A stretch of DNA of 64,000 nucleotides from Eledone cirrhosa (GCA_964016885.1 OZ024747.1:86428001-86492000); one strand, 5' to 3'; counted from the stretch's first letter, positions 27,288 through 39,920 are shown. Notes: generated by a model from the letters alone, not told the origin. Numbers and translations are program-made.

Positions 27288-30215
27288 TCATCATCATCAT
27301 CATCATCAACGTTTAACGTCCGTGTTCCACACTTGCATGGGTTTGGACGGGGGTTTTCCCACTTGAGGCAAGAGTGATTGTCTTGCTCGCATAGGACTGT
27401 CAGGCAGGTTTTCTACAGTTGGATGCCCTTCCTAACACCAACCACATTTACAGTGTGGGTCTGGGAGGTTTTTACCGTGTTGCCTACACGGCCACATTAC
27501 AGCGTGTACTGTGTGTTTTTTTGTCGTGACACCTACACGATCTCATTTGTTTCGGCCTGGATGGTGTGGCACCAACATAACTTTACATAGAAGGGGAAGG
27601 TGTGGATGGGGTGGGGGTGGTGGGACGGGGGTGTATTTTGTTAGAGATGCCTACTGACTGTAGTAGGTTTTACTTTGTATTTAGGTAAGGCGGGTCTTCT
27701 CTATTACTGAGTACCGCCAAAGGTCTCGGTCTAGTGACATTGTCTTGGTGAGGTGTAAGTGTGTGAGGTCGGAGTTTATCAGCTCGTCCCAGGTTTTTCT
27801 GGGTCTGCCTATTCCGTGGCTACCGTCTATCTTTATTGCCCTGCACTTTGTTATACAGCTATTGACTTTCATGCGCATCACGTGTCCGTACCAACGTAGC
27901 CTTCTCTCTAGTAAACAACATCTGATCCCTCTTATTTCTAATTTTTTCCTTAGTTCGTTTATGCTTTGTCGTTCACGTATATTACTATTACACATCCAGC
28001 GGAGCATGCAAGCTTCGTTTCTCTCTAGTCTGCGTATATCCTCTGCACACAATGCCCAGGTCTCACTGCCATGCAACATTGCTGTTCGTATGCAGGCATC
28101 GTACAGCCTGCCTTTCATTTTTAGGGAGAACCCTTTAGCGGCTAATAGTGTTATAAGCTCTCTGAACCTTTTCCACCCAGTTCTGACTCTAGCTACTGTA
28201 CTTTCAGAGCACCCTCCCCCACTGCTGATTTTGTCACCCAGGTAACGGAAGCTGTCCACTATTTCTATAGAACCCTCTGCGCAGTTGAAAGAGCTAGTAT
28301 TTTGTGGGCACTTGCTGCTACTTATTGCCCCAGAACACCGGCCACATGTAAAATCTATGTTCTTAGTTAGCTTACCTGTGATCCCACTACATCTTTTATG
28401 CACCCAAACTTTGCATTTGGGACACAAAATGGAATTTCTACCTACGCCTTTCCTACACTCTGCGCATGGCCACTTCATGGAGGGGACCGCCGCCTTATTT
28501 TCTTTCTTACAAACTAGAACTTTAGTCTTAGCCAGGTTAATTTTAAGGCCTTTTGATTCTAGGCCGTGCTTCCATGTTTGGAATTTCTTCTCTAGCTCGG
28601 CCATTGATTCAGCAATGAGCGTTAGATCATCTGCGTATAGGAGTTCCCATGGGCAGCCGGTCTTGAACTCCACTGTTATAGCCTGGAGGGCAATAATAAA
28701 TAGTAGGGGGCTAAGAACAGAGCCCTGATGAACACCAACTTTTACACTAAACTCTTCACTATATTCGTTGTTAATTCTAACCTTGCTGACTGTTTCTTTA
28801 TACATGGCTTGTATAGCTCTCACAAGCCATTCATCAACACCTAGTTTTCTAAGAGCCTACCAGATAATGGAACGGGGGACTCTGTCGAAGGCCTTCTCCA
28901 AGTCGACAAAAGCTAAGTATAGGGGTTTACTTTTAGCTAGGTACTTCTCCTGTAGTTGTCGTACAATGAAAAGAGCGTCTGTGGTACTTTTTCCTGACAA
29001 AAACCCGAACTGCATTTCATCTAGATCAATTCGCTCTCTGATTAGTTGCGCTATTACTTTTTCCGTGACCTTCATGACCTGGTCGATTAATTTAATGCCT
29101 CTATAGTTACTCCTATCTAGGGCATCTCCTTTACCCTTATAACAGTTAACGATAATGCTGCTACACCAGTCCTTCGGAACAACCCCATTCTGTATGACTT
29201 GGTTGACTATCCGGGTGACCATGGTGTGTCCCACCGTACCAGATGCCTTCAGCATCTCGGCAACTATTTCCGAAGGCCCAGCCGCCTTGCCTGTCTTCAT
29301 ATCTTTGATTGCCTTACTTATTATACTACCCTCGACTAACACTGCTGGTCCCTCTATTGGGTCGATGTGGGGGAGACTGTCTTTCTCCCATTTATTCTCC
29401 TCATTTAGTAGCCTTTCATAGTGACACTTCCAAGCTACCTTCTTATCGGCGTTGGTGATAGCAAGTACGCCGTCATCGTTAAGTACACACTTCTCCCCGA
29501 CAATATCACTGTTTTCCTTGACACATTGCCTAGCAATCCTGAACACCTCACGTTTTTGGTCCTCACGTTGTAGAAAATGCTTGAACTTTCTTTCCTCTGC
29601 TTCCCTTCTTGCGAAGTACACTTGTCTCCTAGCTTCCCTCCTGGCCTCTTGATAGTCTTCTCTGCTTCCCCCATCCCGCCATACTTTCCAAGCCTGCTTT
29701 TTGGCCTTAATTGACCCCTCCACCTTACTGTTCCACCACCATGTTACTCTCCTCCTGCCTACAGGCCTGCTCCAGCCACAGACTTCGTCTGCCGCCGTCA
29801 GCAGGTTTGCTTTCAGGAATTCCCACTGTTCCTCTACCTTGTACGTCTCTAATTGCTCTTCCTCACTGTTGAAAGCATCAAGTAATATGCTTTGGAATTT
29901 ATTTTTGGCTGTGGGGTCCTTTAGCTTCCATATTTTTCTCCTGAGGATAGTCCTCTTCTGTTATCTAGTACGTCTCGTCCTGACTATTAGGTCGCTAATT
30001 ATCAGTCTATGTTGGGAAGTGCATTCTTCATGGGGGAGGGATTTAGTGTTTACGACAGTCACTTTGTCACATCTTCTGGTAAGGATATAATCTACCTGGC
30101 TAGTATGTTCCCCTGATCTGTAGGTGATCAAGTGATTGTCTCGTTTTTTGAAGTTAGTGTTGCAGATAGTTAGGTTATTTGCGTCGCAGAATTCCAGGAT
30201 TCTGGAGCCTTCCTC
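27288..30215 (-). mobile_element. RTE LINE copy C, 5'-truncated, nonsense mutations
   Basis: ORFs 28857-29723 and 27681-28823 are almost identical to copy E; TGG>TAG at 28857 and CAA>TAA near 29960; (GAT)n tail at 27288-27308. Confidence 0.95.
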
Positions 30216-30365
30216 TATATGTATATATATATATGTATATGTATATATGTATATGTATATATATATATATGTATATGTATATATATATATGTATATGTAT
30301 ATATATATGTGTATATATATATGTGTATATATATATGTGTGTATATATATATATGTATATATGTA

Positions 30366-30732
30366 TAGGCACCTCTAACAAAATACACCCCGTCCCACTA
30401 CCCCCACCCCATCCACACCGCCCCTTTCAATGTAAAGTTATGTTGGTACCACAACATCCAGGCCGAAACAAATGAGGTCGTGTAGCTGTCACGACAAAAA
30501 ACACACAGTCCACGCTGTAATGTGGCCGTGTAGGTAACACGGTAAAAACCTCCCAGCCCCACACTGTAAATGTGGTTGGTGTTACGAAGGGCATCCAGCC
30601 GTAGAAAACCCGCCAGACAGTCCTATGCGAGCAAGACAACCACTCTTGCCTCAAGTGGGAAAACTCCCGTCCAAACCCATGCAAGCGTGGAATACGGACG
30701 TTAAACGATAATGATGATGATGATGATGATGA
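30366..30732 (+). mobile_element. RTE 3' UTR-only insertion (copy D)
   Basis: Matches the 3' UTR of copy E (38713-39068), including the (GAT)n tail. Confidence 0.9.
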
Positions 30733-31180
30733 TATATATATACATATATATATACACATATATACACATATATACACGCAGAAAGAGAGAGAGAGAGAAT
30801 CATACATATATACTTACATGCATACATATAAGCATATATGAATCACAAAGTACTAACTTTACTATATATAGCATCAACACTGACAGTGGTCAAGGATGGA
30901 GGTCAATACAAGTGTAGAGTGACATCAACTATAGTTGAGGAAACAACTCAAGTAGATACTAACAGCTTCCTGTGGATACCATTAAAATTCATAAATATAT
31001 GACTGACTGTTTCATAATGAGCAAAGTAGATATTTGGAGTATTTACAGTTTCATGTTTGAGGAGAAGTTGCTATTAAGTAAATGCATGTCAGTTGATAAT
31101 TGTATACATCCGTCTAACCCATTTGATACCTAACTGCATGAAATTTCTCATAGTATTATGATACAAAGTTATATGTTTTG

Positions 31181-31363
31181 AGGTGGGTATTGGCAGTATC
31201 GGTAGAGGGTCGGACGCCATGCTTTCCAGCATAGTTACGTCCCTTTACGATCTGAGTTCAAATCCCGCTGAGGTTGACTTTGCCTTTCATCCTTATGAGG
31301 TCGATAAAATAAAGTACCAGTAATGCACTGGGTAATTGCTGGCCTTGTGCCTAAAGTAGAAAC
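31181..31363 (+). mobile_element. Full-length tRNA-derived SINE with target-site duplication
   Basis: A/B-box-like head (TGGCAGTATCGGTAG...GAGTTCAAATCC); direct repeat AGTTATATGTTTTGAGGTG at 31167-31185 and 31364-31382. Confidence 0.85.
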
Positions 31364-33399
31364 AGTTATATGTTTTGAGGTGTTTATATATATTTATCTC
31401 AAAAACCTTCCATCATAAGAAAACTTGTTAAACTATGCTCCAGGCACATTGGGAAAAAAATCAGTTGTAAATAAAAAATTTGATTATTTAAAATAAAGTC
31501 ACATCATAGTAAAACTAGGAAACATATTACCTGTTTCAAACCACACTTAATATAAAAAATATAACTGGACATCTGTTAATGATAAAGAAAAAACAAAACA
31601 AAACAAAGAAAAAACTTGCTTATCAGTCATAAATATGCTGAACATTTCAATAAGAATAATGCAAAATAGCTATAGCTGCATGGAAAACAGCAAATCGTTA
31701 CAAGAGTAGATTTCCTAGCAAAATGAGATACATTTATATGAGTGAAGGATCCCATGGCTGCTAAACCTCATTAGAACTGAATGAGGATTAACCAGTAAGA
31801 AAATATCAGATGACATTAATATGTGTATTATGAAAAATACTACAATGGAACAACAGCAATTCAGTGATATTCTGTTTTGTAGTTAAGTTCACATAGAGTT
31901 AGATAACTTCAACCAATTTTATATTGTAGACTTTTATCTCTTGAAAGCAAGACTATTTTTAATTAAGACTTTAGATTTTGCATGTAGGTTTGCCGTCATT
32001 AAGGACTATAACATAGATCTCAGGTCTGTTTGGATTAACAATCTGAACCAAAAGATCTATTTGATGTTTCAATAGGGTCACACGACAACACAGATTTGTA
32101 CAACCAGGTTAACCTTTATATCCTGGTCATACCGAAGTTCAGCTTCCCCCACCACAATGTCAGTTTATACTGGAATAATGGCCTGGCTTTCTTCCAGCAT
32201 TGTGATGGTCACATATTAGGTTCCTTCTGTAAAGAACTAATATCTACCTTCCATAATTGATGTCTTAAGATAACTGTAGATACTAACCTAACCAAGTCAG
32301 ATTTCTGGGATGTAACACTTGCCTTAATCACAGGTACTTATAAGCCCTTCAAGGCATGAACTGACAGAATCATTAGAACTGCTGATAGAATGCTTTGCAA
32401 TATTCATTTCCTGCTATGTCTATAATTGCTGTTTTCCTCATATGTCCATATGTAATGTCCATATTGTCTGGTCATGGATGTTTCGTCTTGACATTACAAG
32501 TTCCAATCTGTAGTAGTAAATTCTTTCTATTTATTTTATAGGTAGGTTGAATTCTTTGGTCTGTATTTCAACTTTTGGTTGATTTCTATCAACCCAGTAG
32601 GCAAACAGATTTGATGAGTTAGCAACTTTCTGGCCTGGGGCTGCTAGCTTAAGCAGGTGTTAGCCAACTACTGCAACAAAAAAGTTGCTCCCACTAGCAA
32701 AGGGAACCTATGATACTCCTTCTTATATCAATAAAGATACTTACAACCTGCAACTGTCTCTTTCAGAGTTATTTCCACTCACTTGGGAGTGATGAAGTGC
32801 TGTCCATATACAATGCCAATTTCATATTCCTCTTCACTATACCTCGGCTAATATCAGAAGCAAGTGCCTAGCTCAAAGTACACTTACTACATCTCCCCAT
32901 TCATAGATCACTACAAAAGAATGACAAGTCAGTATGTTCAAAGCATTCATGAGGTCGGAGGGGATACCAGATAGTGGTCAAGTATGAGCCTGCATATCAC
33001 TCTTAGGGTTCAGTCCACTCTGTAAATATGGTTGGCATTAGAAACGGTTCTGTATGAGCAAGACATGGTCATATCTCACAATGGGACAACTCGTCTAACC
33101 CATGCCAGCATGGGAAAATGGACATTAAACGATAATGATGATGATGATGACACATACACGCACACAACACACATACATGCACACAACACACATACACACA
33201 GACAACACACATACATGCACACAACACACATACATGCACATAACACACATACATGCGCACAACACACATAACACAATATATACATTTGTGCATTCAAATG
33301 GATGGCCGTTGTCTCATGTGAGTTCCTCCACACTTTGATGGATTTTTATTTTTATTTCATAGGATGTCCAATAATCATCCTTCTCACAAAGCAAGCTTA

Positions 33400-33870
33400 G
33401 CGGGTTTGCTTGTTTAGTCACCAATAACCCATCCATGTGACAGTTTGTACTGGCTTACATGTTACTAGTTGTGATCTGACATACATACATACATAATAAC
33501 ATCATACGAGACACAGATATTAACACTGATGCAACATTTTCACCATAAGAAAAAGGTCAACTGGCATTCTTCCCAGGTTTGTGCACATGAAAATAACAGT
33601 ATTAAGATAGCCACTGATCTAGAAGAGAGATATGAAATAAAACCTGATACAAATCTCTCTCCCATCAACACCAGAAGACTCTACTCAATGCTCAAACAAG
33701 ATGAAAAAAATGAACCATTTCACTGAGCAGATTATACATGGGTACTTGAGATGAAAAACACAGACCATAGATGGGATAAACCATACTAAAAGCTTGACAT
33801 GGAGTTCCGATAAGTTCATAACATCCCACCTTGAAGGATATCTCCATGCAATCCAGGAACAAGAAATCCT
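33400..33870 (+). mobile_element. R4/Dong LINE fragment
   Basis: LHGYL and FITSHLEGYLHAIQEQEI motifs, typical of the region before the CCHC finger. Confidence 0.6.
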
Positions 33871-34614
33871 CATACACACACATACATACATGCACACACA
33901 CATACACACATACATACACACATACATACATATAATCATACATAAGTATGTATTTATTATCATGATGATGATTATAATGACCAGGATTATTATGATCATG
34001 ATGATGATCATCATTTTCATCATTTTCGTAGTAATTGTCATCATCTTCATCATCATTAAGATCATAATCCTCATTTTCATTAGTGCTCTTACATTCACAT
34101 TCAATGTCACCTCAATCATCTTTATCATCATCATCATCATCATCATCATTCTATGAAATACAGTGTCTTTCTCAGAGAAAATCAACCCACTGCCAAGAAT
34201 GAACTTATGACCTTGCAATCGTGAGCTGAAAAACTCAACCACTTAGCCATGCACTTTTACTCATCAACATAACAATCATATTCACTGATATGTATGATAA
34301 AACATTACACTTATTTAGGTTTTTGAGCTCAATACTTGCTGTACATGTGGTCGCTTGGTTAATCCTCACCAGCTTAGTCATGTAAGAAAAACTGGTTGCT
34401 GATTAAGGTGCATGAAGCATCACTATACTTGTACTGTAAATCTGTAAAGTTTAAGTCTGTTACCGTGGATACTGTTGATATTAAATAAACAGCAATCACG
34501 CAAATACAAGAGTACTACAATATACACAATATTATGTGTTTATAAACATATATATATATATATAGATTAATTTCTATAAATTAATGTTTTGTCTCTCATT
34601 TCTTACTCCACTAG

Positions 34615-35340
34615 ACCGCGTTTGGCTTATGTCAGACACTGTGATCTCCGGGTGGACCAGCACTACCGTTGGTAGAGGTTGAAATTGCCAAAAGTCCATA
34701 TCAACATCGATGACCCTGGAATTCCCTGTCCTTCGTTTGTACTTTTATTTAAAAAAACAAATTTTTTAAGGTTTCCCCATAAAGATCTACAGTTTGAAGT
34801 TCAGAACTGGGAAGTGCTTTCTTTAAAGAGGGGTGAATGGAGAGCACATGTGAAGGAAGGCTGCATGAAAAATTGACCATGAATAACTTAAATCTCAGCT
34901 TCGAAAAGGCCACAGTATGAACATCAATAAGAACATAGGGAGCTGGATTTGTGAGGTGTATAGTCGTCTACAACTCTCTAAATCTGGCTACATCACTCAT
35001 TTAAAATCACATAAAAAGCCAACTGTATGCAGCTCTATCCCTCCCATACTAGGTGAGACAACATGTGTGGTGTGCAAAAAGATCTGCAAATCAATTTCTG
35101 GTCTTAAAAGGCATATGAGGTTACATAAGGATGACATCCCACAAACTGACGCAATCAATCTAATAGAGGGCACATCTTTTGTCTTTCACATTTGCTGCAG
35201 ACCGTGCAAATCTAATGCTGGACTTAAAAGCCACCAAACCACATGAACGGACATTTAGAGTTGGTGACGGTTGATGGGGGTGCATAGGGAGACGGCAATC
35301 ATCTGCAAAGATGAAGCAATCACCATGTATGTATGTATGT
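34615..35340 (+). mobile_element. 3' end of a second RTE/BovB-like LINE family with repeated C2H2-like zinc fingers
   Basis: NWEVLSLKRGEWRAHVKEG, then C..(Y)....SKSGYITHLKSH, CVVCKKICKSISGLKRHMRLH and HICCRPCKSNAGLKSH; ends in (ATGT)n. Confidence 0.65.
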
Positions 35341-35527
35341 GCATGTGTGTGTGTGTATCTATAAGTGTATGTGTGTATGTATGTGTGTGTGTGTATATGT
35401 GCCTATGCCAGTCAATTTACTCCATGCCTTTTTATATCGATAGTAAACAATATATCCCACAGCCTAGTGGTCAACATGTCTTCACAAATTCCTGCATATA
35501 TATAAATGAGTGATGTAGCCAGATTTA

Positions 35528-38500
35528 AAGACAATCACACCTCGTGGACGAGAATGCGAGCATGCCTCTTTGTTTCGGCCGCGGATGGCTAACATAACCC
35601 CATCTCCCCCCGCTCCCCACCTTTCCAACCCCCCAAACGCAATCCAAAACTTCAGATTTGGTACCTTGAATGTAGGCACCTTAAAGGGTCGCTCTAACGA
35701 GGTTGTAGAAATGCTTGAACGTAAGGAGGTCGATGTTTGTTGTATTCAAGAGACCAGGTGGAGGGGTGGATCTGCTAGATACATTGTGGGTAGAAAACGA
35801 TGCTATAAGCTTTTCTGGGTGGGAAACGACAATGGGCTGGGTGGAGTAGGAATCATGGTAGCAGAAAAGTGGGCAGATAAGATAATAGACGTAAATAGAG
35901 TGAACGACAGAATAATTAAAATAAGACTTGTCCTCAATAGAACTACGGTGACAGTAATATCCGCGTACGCACCCCAATCTGGACTGCCCAGCACTATAAA
36001 AGACAGATTCTATGAGACACTGATGCTCACTACCTCCCAAATAACCGACAGTGACTATATAATTATTGCAGGCGACCTAAACGGTCACGTTGGACAACAT
36101 TGTGACGGCTACGACGAAATCCATGGAGGCTATGGGTTTGGTACTAGAAATGAGGAAGGCTCCAGAATCCTGGAATTCTGCGACGCAAATAACCTAACTA
36201 TCTGCAACACTAACTTCAAAAAACGAGACAATCACTTGATCACCTACAGATCAGGGGAACATACTAGCCAGGTAGATTATATCCTTACCAGAAGACGTGA
36301 CAAAGTGACTGTCGTAAACACTAAATCCCTCCCCCATGAAGAATGCACTTCCCAACATAGACTGATAATTAGCGACCTAATAGTCAGGACGAAACGTACT
36401 AGACAACAGAAGAGGACTATCCTCAGGAGAAAAATATGGAAGCTAAAGGACCCCACAGCCAAAAATAAATTCCAAAGCATATTACTTGATGCTTTCGACA
36501 GTGAGGAAGAGCAATTAGAGACGTACAAGGTAGAGGAACAGTGGGAATTCCTGAAAGCAAACCTACTGACGGCGGCAGACGAAGTCTGTGGCTGGAGCAG
36601 GCCTGTAGGCAGGAGGAGAGTAACATGGTGGTGGAACAGTAAGGTGGAGGGGTCAATTAAGGCCAAAAAGCAGGCTTGGAAAGTATGGCGGGATGGGGGA
36701 AGCAGAGAAGACTATCAAGTGGCCAGGAGGGAAGCTAGGAGACAAGTGTACTTCGCAAGAAGGGAAGCAGAGGAAAGAAAGTTCAAGCATTTTCTACAAC
36801 GTGAGGACCAAAAACGTGAGGTGTTCAGGATTGCTAGGCAATGTGTCAAGGAAAACAGTGATATTGTCGGGGAGAAGTGTGTACTTAACGATGACGGCGT
36901 ACTTGCCATCACCGACGCCGATAAGAAGGTAGCTTGGAAGTGTCACTATGAAAGGCTACTAAATGAGGAGAATAAATGGGAGAAAGACAGTCTCCCCCAC
37001 ATCGACCCAATAGAGGGACCAGCAGTGTTAGTCGAGGGTAGTATAATAAGTAAGGCAATCAAAGATATGAAGACAGGCAAGGCGGCTGGGCCTTTGGAAA
37101 TAGTTGCCGAGATGCTGAAGGCATCTGGTACGGTGGGACACACCATGGTCACCCGGATAGTCAACCAAGTCATACAGAATGGGGTTGTTCCGAAGGACTG
37201 GCGTAGCAGCATTATCGTTAACTGTTATAAGGGTAAAGGAGATGCCCTAGATAGGAGTAACTATAGAGGCATTAAATTAATCGACCAGGTCATGAAGGTC
37301 ACGGAAAAAGTAATAGCGCAACTAATCAGAGAGCGAATTGATCTAGATGAAATGCAGTTCGGGTTTTTGTCAGGAAAAAGTACCACAGACGCTCTTTTCA
37401 TTGTACGACAACTACAGGAGAAGTACCTAGCTAAAAGTAAACCCCTATACTTAGCTTTCGTCGACTTGGAGAAGGCCTTCGACAGAGTCCCCCGTTCCAT
37501 TATCTGGTGGGCTCTTAGAAAACTAGGTGTTGATGAATGGCTTGTGAGAGCTATACAAGCCATGTATAAAGAAACAGTCAGCAAGGTTAGAATTAACAAC
37601 GAATATAGTGAAGAGTTTAGTGTAAAAGTTGGTGTTCATCAGGGCTCTGTTCTTAGCCCCTACTATTTATTATTGCCCTCCAGGCTATAACAGTGGAGTT
37701 CAAGACTGGCTGCCCACGGGAACTCCTATACGCAGATGATCTAACGCTCATAGCTGAATCAATGGCCGAGCTGGAGAAGAAATTCCAAACATGGAAGCAC
37801 GGCCTAGAATCAAAAGGCCTTAAAATTAACCTGGCTAAGACTAAAGTTCTAGTTTGTAAGAAAGAAAATAAGGCGGCGGTCCCCTCCGGGAAGTGGCCAT
37901 GCGCAGAGTGTAGGAAAGGCGTAGGTAGAAATTCCATTCTGTGTCCCAAATGCAAAGTTTGGGTGCATAAAAGATGTAGTGGGATCACAGGTAAGCTAAC
38001 TAAGAACATAGATTTTACATGTGGCCGGTGTTCTGGGGCAATAAGTAGCAGCAAGTGCCCACAAAATACTAGCTCTTTCAACTGCGCAGAGGGTTCTATA
38101 GAAATAGTGGACAGCTTCCGTTACCTGGGTGACAAAATCAGCAGTGGGGGAGAGTGCTCTGAAAGTACAGTAGCTAGAGTCAGAACTGGGTGGAAAAAGT
38201 TCAGAGAGCTTATACCACTATTAGCCGCTAAAGGGTTCTCCCTAAAAATGAAAGGCAGGCTGTACGATGCCTGCATACGAACAGCAATGTTGCATGGCAG
38301 TGAGACCTGGGCATTGTGTGCAGAGGATATACGCAGACTAGAGAGAAACGAAGCTTGCATGCTCCGCTGGATGTGTAATAGTAATATACGTGAACGACAA
38401 AGCATAAACGAACTAAGGAAAAAATTAGAAATAAGAGGGATCAGATGTTGTTTACTAGAGAGAAGGCTACGTTGGTATGGTCACGTGATGCGCATGAAGG

Positions 38501-39068
38501 ACGATAGCTGTATAACAAAGTGCAGGGCAATAAAGATAGACGGTAGCCACGGAATAGGCAGACCCAGAAAAACCTGGGACGAGCTGATAAACTCCAACCT
38601 CACACACTTACACCTCACCAAGACAATGTCACTGGACCGAGACCTTTGGCGGTACTCAGTAATAGAGAAGACCTGCCTTACCTAAATACAAAGTAAAACC
38701 TACTACAGTCAGTAGGCATCTCTAACAAAATACACCCCCCCCCCCCCATCCACACCTTCCCCTTCTATGTAAAGTTATGTTGGTGCCACACCATCCAGGC
38801 CGAAACAAATGAGATCGTGTAGGTGTCACGACAAAAAAACACACAGACCACGCTGTAATGTGGCCGTGTAGGCAACACGGTAAAAACCTCCCAGACCCAC
38901 ACTGTAAATGTGGTAGGTGTTAGGAAGGGCATCCAACTGTAGAAAACCTGCCAGACAGTCCAATGCGAGCAAGACAATCACTCTTGCCTCAAGTGGGAAA
39001 ACCCCCATCCAAACCCATGCAAGCGTGGAACACGGACGTTAAACGTTGATGATGATGATGATGATGAT
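35528..39068 (+). mobile_element. Near full-length RTE LINE (copy E)
   Basis: APE endonuclease (TLNVGTL, IQETRW, SAYAPQ, GDLNGHVG, QVDYIL, SQHRL), RT, 3' UTR and (GAT)n tail. The 5' boundary is approximate. Confidence 0.95.
35585..38685 (+). pseudogene. RTE APE-RT polyprotein (about 1033 aa) with an embedded PHD finger and a single 1-nt frameshift
   Basis: ORFs 35570-37690 and 37693-38685 join if one C is restored in the run at 37657-37660 (copies B and C have five C's). Confidence 0.9.
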
Positions 39069-39169
39069 ATATATGCATATTTAATTAATTCTTTATCTGA
39101 ATTATGATTTTTTACTCATTAAATTTCTGAAACTTTTATTGATAAATTCTTCTTATATCTATTCATTAG

Positions 39170-39545
39170 GCTTCCCCCTTAGAATTCTTCGATAATATTC
39201 TGACGGTGCTGATTTCATCAAGTTCAATGGCCCCAGATGAAAAGGATAATGGCTTAACATTGCAGTCTAAAACTAATATTATGCAGGAGACAGAACATTC
39301 ACAGAATAAGATTACAAGCAGAAACATGGGTCTGCAAACAAATGGAATTCAACCAAAATTGAATAAGCCATCATTGACTTTGGAAATGATGAAAGCTGAA
39401 ACAACTAACAAAGAAAGGTTTTTCACAAGTGCAATATCATCAATAGAGAGATCAGAAATTGGAAAGTATGAACATTCCAAGATTATGACAAAATCAAATA
39501 ACAAGCTTACTTCTACACAACCTTTTACAACAAAGGCTACAGCAG
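39170..39545 (+). CDS. Exon encoding a Ser/Thr-rich low-complexity (mucin-like) stalk
   Basis: Pyrimidine tract + TAG acceptor, open frame ASPLEFFDNILTVLISSSS...STQPFTTKATA, donor G|GTAAG; phase 0 to 1. Confidence 0.75.
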
Positions 39546-39706
39546 GTAAGTTTCTGTTATCCTTTACATATTTTGTGACCATTTCCAACAAGAATATACT
39601 GCTATTGTGTTTTAATTATCAAAATAAATAACAATTATGAGAGGTTTAGTGAAATAATAAACAAATATTTAACTACTGAAGTCTAATGTATGGTATGTAA
39701 TAATGA

Positions 39707-39920
39707 TTTCTAGTATAGGCACAAGGCCAGTAATTTTTGGGGAGGGGAAAGTCGATAAATCAACCCCAGTACGTTACTGGTGATTTATTTTATTGACCCC
39801 GTAAGGATGAAAGGCAAAGTTAACCTTTGTGGGATTTGAACTCAGACCGTAAAGGACCGTAACTCTTTGCTGGAAAGCATGGTGTCCGACTCCCTACCAA
39901 TACTGCCAATCCACCGCCCT
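39707..39920 (-). mobile_element. tRNA-derived SINE with 20-bp TSD
   Basis: TGTATGGTATGTAATAATGA at 39687-39706 and 39921-39940; same family as 31181-31363. Confidence 0.9.

Noticed and set aside
31181-31270. tRNA gene
   Set aside because: The A/B-box-like head continues into a SINE body with a TSD, and no complete cloverleaf is visible.
34917-35246. Host C2H2 zinc-finger gene exon
   Set aside because: Preceded by an RTE C-terminal motif, has decayed ligands and stops, ends in a simple-repeat tail and lacks TGEKP linkers.
35500-35584. HDV-like ribozyme in the RTE 5' UTR
   Set aside because: Known in some RTEs, but I could not fit the nested double pseudoknot here; only two tiny hairpins are visible.
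25357-38405. Antisense ORFs of 80-170 aa overlapping the RTE copies
   Set aside because: Shadow frames of the RT ORF; they recur only because the copies are nearly identical, and they show no domain signal.
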